Assembly (NCBI GenBank): GCA_963767365.1
Contig: CAVYEE010000030.1
Span: 132,475-196,474, forward strand
DNA length: 64,000 bases
Direction of reading: 5' to 3'
Origin: an uncultured Peptococcaceae bacterium
GTDB taxonomy: Bacteria; Bacillota; DSM-12270; Thermacetogeniales; Thermacetogeniaceae
The translations under genes were made by a program, and so were the position numbers. Each line of letters starts with the position of its first letter. Within the stretch, counting starts at the first letter, position 1. A model generated the notes under the pieces. The model did no database searches and was not told the origin of the DNA. It worked only from the letters and a program-made list of their open reading frames with translations. Shown here in pieces: positions 21,401-29,851 of this stretch.

Positions 21401-21647
21401 GGCGCGCCGCCATGACGCGGGGAGATGCCGTCTGGACCTCCATCCCTTCCTCTACCGGGGCGGCGCAGGAAGCAGTCAGTTCTCTGCCATTGACTTCCAC
21501 CAGGCACAAACGGCAGGCTCCCTGTGGGAGCAAGGCTTTATGATAGCAGAGGGTGGGGATCCTGATGCCGGCCAACTCGGCGGCCTGCAGGATGGTTGTT
21601 CCCGGCTCTGCCTGGACGGGCCTCCCGTCAATGTTCAACTTCAGCAT
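18402..21647 (-). CDS. giant fusion: NuoG/HndD-like 2Fe-2S+4Fe-4S N-terminus + N-terminally truncated HdrA unit + complete HdrA unit
   Basis: This is an intact ORF of about 1081 aa starting at ATG 21647, after GGAGGAG. The N-terminus reads MLKLNIDGRPV...CYH...CRLCLVEV. The sequence then picks up HdrA at EYDEGLAGRRSIYIPFAQAIPKVPVID... A second full HdrA unit follows (FVCHCGRNIG...GLVIGGGMAGM...FFLEAHMKLRPV...). Confidence 0.8.
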   Translation of the reverse strand: MLKLNIDGRPVQAEPGTTILQAAELAGIRIPTLCYHKALLPQGACRLCLVEVNGRELTASCAAPVEEGMEVQTASPRVMAARRLVMELLLLRCPDVPKLKELAGEIGVDEAFMRRFQPDENEQCILCGLCVRVCRERMKVGAIDFVGRGHKRKVSPPFGEFSDACVTCGACVTVCPTGAIDLAKITRNKPRPILSEYDEGLAGRRSIYIPFAQAIPKVPVIDRTTCMHFLRDGQDACRTCENFCGPKAIDYDQEDEIVEIEAGAVILAPGYETVDPVPRQELGYGRYPNVVSSLQFERLLSASGPHMGHVLRPSDLKPPRKIAFIQCVGSWEVDHEYCSSICCMYATKEAVIVKEHAPDTDCTIFYIDMRAFGKGYEAYYHRAKELGVSYIRSRPSAVKEIPATKNLTIQYQQEDGQVASDEFDLIVLSVGVKPLSESASLARTFGIDLNEYGFASTRELAPTESSKPGIYVTGMFSGPKDIPESVMEASAAAAKVMCLLADERGALIRDKTYPPERNVVGEEPRIGIFVCHCGRNIGAVVNVPEVVEYVKTLPDVVYAEDNLYTCSTDTQQAIKQKIEEHNLNRVIVASCTPRTHEPLFQDTLREAGLNPCLFEMANIRDQCSWVHMHEPVAATEKAKDLVRMAAAKARLLEPLYPQFIEVVPRGLVIGGGMAGMTAALNLAEEGFQTYLLEKGPQLGGNARRLKFMMNGDNPQEMLDALVQRVTAHPKIQIYTNAEILDFQGSVGNFKTEFQADGERRVLEHGAAIVATGAKEYEPQGYLYGQDQRVMTQLELEEQLSGGAFKANSVVMVQCVGPCESPGGYCSRVCCSQAVKNALKIKERNRQASVFILNHDIRTYGFNEAYYRQAREAGVRFIRFNAAHKPELAAANGHLAVAVDDELLNMKLNIDCDAVILSTGMTPQNDSGALAKKLKLPLTQDGFFLEAHMKLRPVDFAYEGIFFCGLAHGPKSLTESLVQAGAAAARASTVLSKRRMELDPRVSQVVDENCDGCAYCIDPCPYDALTLIEYMKDGSVKKTVESDPAKCRGCGVCQATCPKRGIIVRNFRLDQIEAMVEAALIK

Positions 21648-24600
21648 GGCTCTCACTCCTCCGCCAGTCGTCCTTGGTAGCTGCTGCCAGATCACAACGA
21701 AGACAACGCCGGGCCTCTTTAATGGCCATCTCTTCAGTTAAACCTAGCTCCACCAAATTGAAGTTGTTTACTCTCTGGGACACCTCGGCACAAGGCATGG
21801 GAAAACGCTTCGCCTCAAGATCTTCCTCTGTCCGCGGGACCGGTTCCACATAAGGTGATGGCTGAGTAACGGTGTATTCATGCCTCACCGATTGACCCCG
21901 CAGGAACCTGTGGATACTGGCCGCGGCTAACTTACCGCTGGCTATGGAATCAGCAATGGTGGAAGGCCCGGTCACGGCATCGCCGGCGGCAAAGATACCC
22001 TCTCGTCCCGTAGCCAGGGTTTCCGGATAAATTACAATCGTGTTGCGATTGGATAGCTCCAACCCATGCCCGGGAGGCAGGAAGGAGAGGTCGGGTTCCT
22101 CACCGACAGCCAGGATGAGAGTATCTACCTGGCGAACGGATTCAGACCCCTTGATGAGGACTGGCAGGCGTCGGTCAGTCTCATCATATTCTCCCAATTC
22201 CACATCGAGACACTCGATGCCGCTCAACTTGCCATCACTGGCAACAATCCGGGAGGGGGCGCAGAGTTCGATGATCTTTATCCCTTCCTCAACCCCGGCT
22301 TCGATCTCTCGTTTCATGGCCGGCATTTCTGCCTTGCTTCTTCGGTAGATGATGGAGACATCCTTAGCGCCGGCTCGCAGGGCGGTACGGGCGGCATCAA
22401 TCGCCGCGTTGCCGCCGCCGATGACCCCCACCTTCTCGCCCAGCAGGACGCTGTTGCCTGCCTTAATTGCCTTCAGAAAGTCAAAAGCATACATTACACC
22501 GGGGGTATCTTCACCGGGCAGACCTAATCTCAAACTCCTGTGGGCACCTACAGCCAGGAGGATCGCTTTATAATCCCTGGCAAAAAGGTTGTCAAAGGTC
22601 AGATCCGGCCCTACAGGCGTATTGGTAAGGATTTCTATACCGGCCTGCCTGATGCAATCAATTTCTTGATCCAGGATATTTCGCGGCAAGCGATACTCCG
22701 GGATAACCATCGCCAGGTTTCCGCCCACAACGGAGCCCGCCTCAAAAATAGTGGGCTGGTAACCCAGTCGTGCCAGATCGAAAGCCGCAGCTAGGCCGGC
22801 CGGGCCGGAGCCAACAATGGCTATTTTCTCCAGCTTGGACGTCTCGGGGTTAGGCAACGGTTTCAAGCCGTTCTTGAGGGCATAATCGCCAACAAAGCGT
22901 TCAGGGCCTTGATGGATATCGATTCACCACCGGTCTCAAGAGAGCGGCACCGCTCCTCGCAGGGATGGTGGCAGATATAGCCGCAAGTGATTGGCAGAGG
23001 ATTCGGCCTGCGGATCACGTCGAAGGCTTCCCGGTATTCTTTCCTGGCAATATGGGCAACAAAGGTTGGCACATCGGTTTTCACCGGGCAATTGTATTTG
23101 CAAGGGGTGAAGATTATCTTCTTGCACACCATGGCGGGGCAGCGCTTGTACTTGATGTGCTGTTCATATTCATCCCGGAAATAGCGGGTGGTGGTCAGGA
23201 CCGGGTTGGGCGCCGAATTTCCCAGGCCGCACAGCGAGGAATCGATGATTACCCCGGCCATCTGCTCCAACAGCTCGATGTCGCCCTCCCGTCCGCGCCC
23301 TTCGGTGATGTCGGTGAGGATTTCCAGCATCCTTTTCGTCCCTTCACGGCAGGGAGTGCATTTACCGCAGGATTCATCCACGGTAAAGGTGAGAAAGTAC
23401 TTGGCCACGTTGACCATGCAGGTGTCCTCATCCATCACCACCATGCCACCCGAACCCATGATGGAGCCAGCCCCGGCCAGGGTCTCGTAGTCTGCCGAAA
23501 GATGCGCCAACCGCGCTGGGATACAGCCTCCCGAGGGACCGCCGGTCTGCACTGCCTTGAACCTCTTCCCAGCGGGAATGCCTCCGCCGACATCATAGAC
23601 AAGCGACTTCAGGCTGATGCCCATGGGCACTTCCACCAGCCCGGTGTTATTCACCTTTCCCACCAGGGAGAAGACTACCGTCCCCTTGCTCCGTTCCGTA
23701 CCCACGGCAGAGAACCAGTCACTCCCCCGGACGATAATCAGCGGGACATTGGCCCAGGTTTTAACATTGTTCAGGAGGGTCGGCTTGCCCCAGAGCCCGC
23801 TTTCTGCCGTCCGTGGCGGGCGCTGGCGCGGCTCCCCCGCCAAACCCTCGATTGAGGCGATCAGGGCGGTGGCTTCCCCGCAAACAAAAGCGCCGGCGCC
23901 CTCCTTGATCTGCAGGTGGAAGCTGAAGTCTGTGCCGAGGATCTTGTCTCCCAGCAATCCCAGCTCCTCCGCCTGGGCGATGGCGATCGTCAAGCGCCTG
24001 ATTGCCAGCGGGTACTCCGCCCGGCAGTAAATATAGCCTTCCGTGGCCCCAATGGCATAAGCGCCGATGATCATCCCCTCGATGACGCTGTGTGGGTCAC
24101 CCTCGAGAATGCTCCGGTCCATGTAGGCTCCAGGGTCGCCCTCGTCTGCGTTGCAGATGATATATTTGAGGCTGCCTTTAGCCCGACGGCATGTAGCCCA
24201 TTTTCTTCCGGCGGGAAAACCGGCGCCTCCCCTCCCCCGTAAACCCGAGTTGGTCACCTGTTGGATTATTTCCTCGGGCTTCAATTGATGGAGCGCCTTA
24301 TAGAGCGCAAAATACCCTCCACCGGCAATGTACTCCGTAATCTGTTCGGGATCGATGAGGCCGCAATTCCGCAGGATCCGCTTCTCTTGTTTGCTAAAGA
24401 AAGGTAAATCGGCATAGTCGGGGATCTCTTCAATTTCCGCCGGCAGCGTGCCCAAAGGGTAGCTTCTGACCGTATCCTCAAGCAGATTTACCTCTTCCCT
24501 GATCTTGCAGAGAAGGTACTTGGGAAGAATACGCCCGTCAGCCAGGGCGTCAATGATTTCCCTTGCTTTTCCTTCGTCCACCTTGGCGTAAATAATTCTC

Positions 24601-24848
24601 GGCCAGCCGGGCCTGGTGATATCTACAATGGGTTCTTTCTCACAGAACCCCAGGCAGCCGGTGCTGGTAACCATGCAGTCCAGGTTGCTGCTGGCGACCT
24701 CCTGCTGGATCGCTGCCAGGACTTCCGTAGCGCCCGCTGCGCGGCCACAACTGGCCATCCCTACCGCAATCTTGGTCGAGGCCGGGAAAAGAGAATGTAG
24801 ACCATCTTCCTTAAGCTGATTGAGGTCTTCCAAATTGCAGATCCTCAT
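21628..24848 (-). pseudogene. NuoF-like FMN/NADH module fused to GltD/NfnB-like FAD subunit; apparent 1-nt frameshift near 22901
   Basis: ORF 22863..24923 has NuoF motifs (GRGGAGFP, CGKCTPCREG) followed by a GltD N-terminal Fe-S domain. It runs into ORF 21628..22866 as ...GESISIKAL/ERFVGDYALKNGLKPLPNPETSKLEKIAIVGSGPAGL... after correcting one missing nucleotide. The start is ATG 24848. Confidence 0.75.
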
Positions 24849-25295
24849 CTTCACCACTCCCATATTTTGCCAAAACTTCTTTGACCAACTCCGGCCGCAT
24901 ATGGGCATATACTTGCTGATCAACCTGGATGACCGGCGCTAGGGCGCAACAACCGAGACACCGCACAATTTGCAGGCCGAACTTCCCGTCGGGAGTGACT
25001 TCGCCGGGCTTGATCTCCAGGGCTCTTTCCAGTTCATCCAGGATTCTGTCCGATCCGCGCACGAAGCAACTAGTGCCCTGGCAGATATTGATGACATGTT
25101 TGCCTTTCGGTTTGAGACTGAAAACGAGTAAAACGTAGCCACCTTCAAGATAGCGGCGAGAGGAATGTCGAGTTCTTGCGACACATGACGCAATACAGGC
25201 TCCGGCAGGTAGTTGAACTCTTTTGAATATCCTGAAGCACACTGATGAGTGGGCCGGCCTCGGCAACGGCGGTTGATAATGTCGTCAACTTTCAT
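24811..25295 (-). pseudogene. NuoE-like [2Fe-2S] thioredoxin-fold subunit; several apparent indels (about 25122, 25221, 25269)
   Basis: The conserved NuoE/HydC string can only be read by frame hopping: MKVDDIINR / VAEAGPLISVLQDIQK / EFNYLPEPVLRHVSQELDIPLAAILKVATFYS / FSLKPKGKHVINICQGTSCFVRG...CLGCCALAP. Confidence 0.65.
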
Positions 25296-25329
25296 TCGCC
25301 CTTCAGCCGGTAAGCCCGTTTCCTTCTGT

Positions 25330-25718
25330 TCAGGCTTGGGGTAAGATCGGTATTGGACCAGGCAATTTTGGGCGCATTCCCCACAGCCGGTGCATTTGTC
25401 CGGGTCAACCGAACGTGCTTTTTTCCTAATCCGGACACGGAACCGGCCCGGTGTTCCCTCAATATCAATTACCTCCGCATAAGTCAGCTTCTCGATGTTG
25501 ATGTGCCTGCCGCAGTCAACCATCCTGGGCGCTAAGGTGCACATGGCGCAATCATTCGTCGGGAAGGTCTTGTCGAGCTGGGCCATCACGCCGCCAATGG
25601 CGGGGTCCTTCTCCACCAGGTAAACCTTGAAACCAGATTCGGCCAGGTCAAGGGATGCCTGCATCCCGGCAATGCCGCCCCCCACCACCAGCACCGCGCC
25701 CACCTTTTGATCAGGCAT
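25330..25718 (-). pseudogene. hdrA: orphan HdrA N-terminal fragment (Rossmann GGGIAG + DKTFPTNDCAMC + first ferredoxin motif only)
   Basis: MPDQKVGAVLVVGGGIAGMQASLDLAESGFKVYLVEK...QLDKTFPTNDCAMC...CTGCGECAQNC, after which HdrA similarity stops. As sequenced, the frame runs on into nuoE. One extra C would give ...NCPGPIPILPQA-stop at 25330. Confidence 0.6.
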
Positions 25719-26583
25719 ATTGCGTCACCTCCAGCAGTCTGTCCGCCGTTATAAAATTATTTCCGAGCATCAGTTCCTGCGAAGAGAGCCCAAGACCGAT
25801 CCCCATCAATTGAGTGAAATAAAGAATGGGCAACTCATAGTTCATACCATAAGCCGTTTTAATTTCTTTCTGGCGCGTATCTAAATTCATATGGCAGAGT
25901 GGGCAAGCAACAGCTATCACATCGGCGCCCACCGACCTGGCCCCTTCCAGGATCTCATGGCAGAGTTTCAACACGATGTCTGTCCTTGTCGTAGCGAAAG
26001 AAGCCCCGCAGCAATCTGTCTTATAGGACCAGTCCAGGGTAACGATGCCCAGCGCCCTTAATATTTGGTCCATGCTTTCCGGATACTCACAGGCATCAAA
26101 CTGGACGACCTTCGGCGGTCTGGTCAGGAGGCACCCGTAATAGCAAGCCACTTTGAGGTCGTTTAATTCTCGTTTCACCAGGCGGGAAATTGTCGTCAAG
26201 AGAGGCTCTTGGGAGAACAACTGGAGCGGGTGATAAACCGCCACGTCGTCGCTCCATGAGCCTTTGACGACTTGCTTCGCCTCTTCTTTCAGGCCGGCGT
26301 CATTTTTCACATCGTGCAGAGCCGACTTGAAGCGTGAGAAGCAAGAGGCGCAGGGAACGACGACCTCCCTGAGTCCCATCCTTTCAATAATGGCCAGGTT
26401 GCCCAATGGCAGGGCCGTAGCAAGCAACCTGGAGACACTGTGAGCCGGAGTCGTGCCGCAGCAGAACCAGTCCTTGACCTCCTCCAGTTCAATATCCAAC
26501 TGGCTACAGACCTTGCGAAGAGACAAATCGTATTCTTTTGCGTAGGAATGCAAAGAGCAACCAGGGTAATAGGCGTATCTCAT
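25711..26583 (-). CDS. hdrB: heterodisulfide reductase subunit B (two CCG domains)
   Basis: This 290 aa ORF has YYPGCSL...WFCCGT and ...YYGCLLTRP...TDCCGA. Confidence 0.88.
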   Translation of the reverse strand: MRYAYYPGCSLHSYAKEYDLSLRKVCSQLDIELEEVKDWFCCGTTPAHSVSRLLATALPLGNLAIIERMGLREVVVPCASCFSRFKSALHDVKNDAGLKEEAKQVVKGSWSDDVAVYHPLQLFSQEPLLTTISRLVKRELNDLKVACYYGCLLTRPPKVVQFDACEYPESMDQILRALGIVTLDWSYKTDCCGASFATTRTDIVLKLCHEILEGARSVGADVIAVACPLCHMNLDTRQKEIKTAYGMNYELPILYFTQLMGIGLGLSSQELMLGNNFITADRLLEVTQYA

Positions 26584-27155
26584 ATCTTCCCCCTACTCTT
26601 TTCCCTGCGTTTGACTTGGGAAAATATTCTCCTTGCTGATGATGCCCCATTAAAGCTGGGCAAGAGATTCAGCTTTCCCTTTTTCAGCATCTCCAACCCC
26701 AGCCCCACATCCTTCGTAAAGCTGCGGGTGGAGACCTTGAAAGCAGCCATTAACCCCAGGTCGTACATCCGGCCGAAAAGTCTGATGCTATATAAGGCAC
26801 TCTGATTAAAGATCGGGATTTCGGGGACTTTAGCCTTGATCTTCTGACGCTGGGCAAGTATCCTGACGGCATCCATTACCGCAGCAATGTCCACGTCCTG
26901 CGGGCACCGGGTGGTGCATGTCTGACATGAAGCACAGAGCCAGATTGTTTTGCTTTTGAAGACGAGATCGCTCAATCCTAACTGGATCGCATGGAGTATT
27001 TGCGGAGGCGTATAATCCATGGCATAGGCAACTGGACACCCGCTAGCACACTTTGTGCATTGGAAACACGAGTTGACATTAACGCCGCTGACATTTCTCA
27101 AGGTTTCAGCAAAATTGGAGAATCCTTGCGCAACACTAAAGGTTTGTTTAATCAT
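26580..27155 (-). CDS. hdrC: heterodisulfide reductase subunit C
   Basis: It has two 4Fe-4S motifs (CFQCTKCASGCP, CASCQTCTTRCP). I prefer ATG 27155, after a GGAGG/GGGGAG-rich RBS, over GTG 27185. Confidence 0.85.
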   Translation of the reverse strand: MIKQTFSVAQGFSNFAETLRNVSGVNVNSCFQCTKCASGCPVAYAMDYTPPQILHAIQLGLSDLVFKSKTIWLCASCQTCTTRCPQDVDIAAVMDAVRILAQRQKIKAKVPEIPIFNQSALYSIRLFGRMYDLGLMAAFKVSTRSFTKDVGLGLEMLKKGKLNLLPSFNGASSARRIFSQVKRREKSRGKI

Positions 27156-27185
27156 CTCCCCACCTGCCTCCCCGTTTATGACCAC

Positions 27186-27345
27186 TAACGTTTACTATAA
27201 CTGCAGTTTACTATGGTATTAGGATAATCACTAATTATATTTCGAGATGCTACCATAAGATATTACTATTATTAAGTTTTGATATGATACCATAAGATAT
27301 TGTTACTATTATTAATTTTTGATATACTGCCATAAGATATTTTTA
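27186..27345 (-). promoter_or_regulatory. AT-rich promoter/operator cassette C1 (three direct operator repeats + TATAAT)
   Basis: In the minus sense it reads 3 x ATATCTTATGGnnnnATATCAAAA at a period of about 40 nt. The last repeat abuts TATAAT, followed by CCATAGTAAAC-n5-TTATAGTAAACGTTAG immediately upstream of hdrC. Confidence 0.6.
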
Positions 27346-27369
27346 TATAATTCCGTGGCCGCTTCCGGG

Positions 27370-28272
27370 CTACAGCACCTGCTCCTGGCAGAATTTGATG
27401 AAATCCTCCCTGATACTGAAGGGGTCATAAAGATCATCCAAGTTATCCAAAAAGATAAAATTAAACTCCCTGAGCATCCGGAAGTCGTCGATGGGAACAA
27501 TTTTAATGGTCTGGTTGGCTACGGGTTGCTTCAAAACCTCCCTGGAGAGGATGGTGCACCCCAGGTTGGACTCCACCAGGGAAACGATCGCCGTGATATC
27601 CCCGATCTCTATGTAAACGCTATCTTCATTCAACCTGTGCCCGGCCCGCCGCAGACAGTCCTCGATCACCATTCTGGTTCCCGAGCCCTTTTCTCTCAGA
27701 ATCAACCTGTCTGCCAGCAATTCGTCGATGCTCACGGATTTCTTGCCGGCGAAGGGATGATGCACAGACACCGCCAGCACCAGTTCGTCATCTTTCAACT
27801 TTGCGTAGCGGAACCTCGTTCTGTCAAAAAGACTTTCGATGACCGCCAGATCGATCTCGCCGGCGTATAGTTTTTTGATGATGGTCTCATGGTTGCCGAC
27901 CTGGAGAATGATATCGACGCTTTCCTTCTCTTTCTTGTATCTGCCGATGATGTCGGGCAGCACGTAACCGCCGTTCGTAAGGGTGGCGCCCACCCGGTAT
28001 TTCCTGATGATCCCCGGTTTATTGTCCAACATGGCTTTGACGATCTTGCCCAGGCGTTCCGCCTCTGTGGCGTACTGCAGCAAAATTTCGCCTTCCTTGG
28101 TCAACTCCATCTGCCGGTTCTTTTGATAGAAAAGAGGCGCCCGATAGTACTCCTCAAGGAATTTTACGTGCTGGGAAACGGCGGGCTGGGTAAGATTCAG
28201 GAGATTGGCGGCCTTGGTGTAATTATTGGTTTGAGCCACCACAATAAAGGTCTGGATCCTGATGTCGATCAC
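27370..28272 (-). CDS. LysR-family transcriptional regulator (paralog 1)
   Basis: This 300 aa ORF has an N-terminal wHTH (FIVVAQTNNYTKAANLLNLTQPAVSQHVKFLE). It is about 92% nt-identical to 38023..38952. Confidence 0.88.
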   Translation of the reverse strand: MIDIRIQTFIVVAQTNNYTKAANLLNLTQPAVSQHVKFLEEYYRAPLFYQKNRQMELTKEGEILLQYATEAERLGKIVKAMLDNKPGIIRKYRVGATLTNGGYVLPDIIGRYKKEKESVDIILQVGNHETIIKKLYAGEIDLAVIESLFDRTRFRYAKLKDDELVLAVSVHHPFAGKKSVSIDELLADRLILREKGSGTRMVIEDCLRRAGHRLNEDSVYIEIGDITAIVSLVESNLGCTILSREVLKQPVANQTIKIVPIDDFRMLREFNFIFLDNLDDLYDPFSIREDFIKFCQEQVL

Positions 28273-28314
28273 CTGGCTACCCCCTTTCGTCTTCCCTTAT
28301 CCTGAGTTCATCAG

Positions 28315-28503
28315 TTACCAGATGACTACCCGCTCTAATGCCCCCGCTTCTGCGAAGCGGTGGGATAAGAGCGGCTACGTCACTGTATTAACGATTTCTA
28401 AGCTGCAGCGGGGGAAGACAATCTCCGCTGCAGCCAAGAACTCGTTGAATGATAATTCAGTGGGGGAAAGCAAACCCCCACTGAAGCCAAGAACTAGTTG
28501 AAC
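28315..28503 (+). repeat. family A repeat, copy A2 (3' hairpin module duplicated)
   Basis: Module 1 is canonical. Module 2 is present twice: CTGCAGCGGGGG...CCGCTGCAGCCAAGAACTCGTTGAAT, then TTCAGTGGGGG...CCCCCACTGAAGCCAAGAACTAGTTGAAC. Confidence 0.85.
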
Positions 28504-28764
28504 TGGTAGGGTCCGAATAGAAGATCCGCTATAAGGTCATCGATACGTGAATACTACCAGGAACGATAACGGGAAGATCTACAAGCTCCCAGAGCATCTG
28601 GTGATCACCTGTTCGGAGAAGAGAGCCAAAATCGAGAGGTCCGGAATCACCGGCTACGAAAAGGCCGGGACTTTACGGGAAGACAAGTCCAAGATCAAGG
28701 CAGGCAACAAGCGAGGTGACAAAAAGTAGTTCGAGGAGATCGAGTCTGGCCAGGTTAACTGGGA

Positions 28765-28846
28765 TAACGTTTACTATAACTAAAGTTTACTATGGCATAA
28801 CGATAATCACTAATTATATTTTGATATGCTCCCATAAGATATTTCT
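28765..28846 (-). promoter_or_regulatory. AT-rich promoter/operator cassette C2 (single unit)
   Basis: In the minus sense it reads ATATCTTATGGGAGCATATCAAAATATAATTAGTGATTATC...CCATAGTAAACTTTAGTTATAGTAAACGTTA. It lies about 490 nt upstream of lysR paralog 1. Confidence 0.5.
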
Positions 28847-28847
28847 A

Positions 28848-28873
28848 TAACTTCGCTTCGCTTCGTTTTAATC
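28848..28873 (-). repeat. family B fragment
   Basis: AACTTCGCTTCGCTTCGTTTTAATC matches the 5' hairpin of family B (AACTTCGCTTCGCTTCGTTTGAATC). Confidence 0.5.
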
Positions 28874-28896
28874 ATCCAGTTGTGGAGCGAAGCGAG

Positions 28897-29660
28897 TTAG
28901 CGAATCAGGTAGATTACAGCTACCGCAACCCCGATCACCACCACAATAGATCGCAGAACATCCGGTTTCACCCGCCCCGCCAGTTTTCCGCCCAGCGCCC
29001 CACCAAGCAACGCCCCCACGAACATCACCAGCGCCACCGGCCACACAATCCTTCGCGAAAACACGAATAATACTGCTGCCGCCACATTTGCACTGAACGA
29101 GATCGTCTGTTTGAGAGCATTGAGCCTCGTCAATGAGTCATCGACGGTGACTCCCAAAACAGCCAGCACAATCACGTTCATCCCCCCGACAAAGTATCCC
29201 CCATAAAGGGCTGTCAATCCCACCGGGATCAGCCCCATAAATCTGAGCCTGTTGGGGATGCGGCTACCTGTGTTCGGCGCGTCAACCAGTCGCGCACACG
29301 TTTTTGAAAAGCCAGCAGCCCTACGGCTAGTAGAATCAAATAGGGTACCAATTCACGAAAGATGTTCTCGGACGTGGCTTTCAAGAGCAGCCCGCCCAGC
29401 AGTCCGCCGGCCAAACCCACAGGAATGTACAACCAGAGGCGTCGCTTTTGTCCCTGCAAGTCCTTGAGTTGGGAATAAATGCCCCCCAGGTAGCCAGGGC
29501 ACAGGGCCACAGTGTTGGTCATTTTGGCAGCAACAGGAGGTATGCCCACCACAGTCAGCACTAGGAATGCGATGAGAGTGCCCCCGCCGGCGAGAGCGTT
29601 AATTGCTCCTGCGGCTAGGGCTGCCAGGGCTACTAACATATAATCCAGCAGGTTGAGCAT
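28897..29660 (-). pseudogene. TauE/SafE (DUF81) family anion exporter; two overlapping half-ORFs (frameshift about 29240-29290, or a natural split)
   Basis: The two halves are 143 aa and 113 aa. Both are polytopic and Gly/Leu-rich (AGAINALAGGGTL..., GGALGGKLAG...). Together they equal one DUF81 protein of about 255 aa. Confidence 0.6.
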
Positions 29661-29851
29661 TACTTGTTTCCTCTACATTATATTATTTCTCTTCAATATA
29701 TTTCACCAGCTTTTCTATTTTGACCACTACAACAGCCAAAACATTGAGCAAATAATGATCCGACTTGTTTAGTAATTCAAACGAAGCAAAGCGAGGGGGA
29801 GACTGCCTGGATGGAAGGAACGAGTCCTGCGGAATGCCGACACGCCTATTT

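Noticed and set aside
28321-28365. A conserved 14-codon mini-ORF within family A (MTTRSNAPAS(E/K)AVG-stop), in frame in 5 of 8 copies.
   Set aside because: No Shine-Dalgarno sequence precedes any copy. Copies A4, A6 and A7 break the frame with indels. The substitutions are compensatory for pairing, including positions after the stop, rather than synonymous.
28547-28729. A 60-aa plus-strand ORF (VNTTRNDNGKIYKLPEHLVITCSEKRAKIERSG...) between repeat A2 and cassette C2. It was considered as a mobile-element or RT relic.
   Set aside because: It has a GTG start without an RBS and a lysine-rich low-complexity tail. It shows no recognisable motif (no YADD, DDE or recombinase signature), so the evidence for calling it a gene or relic is insufficient.
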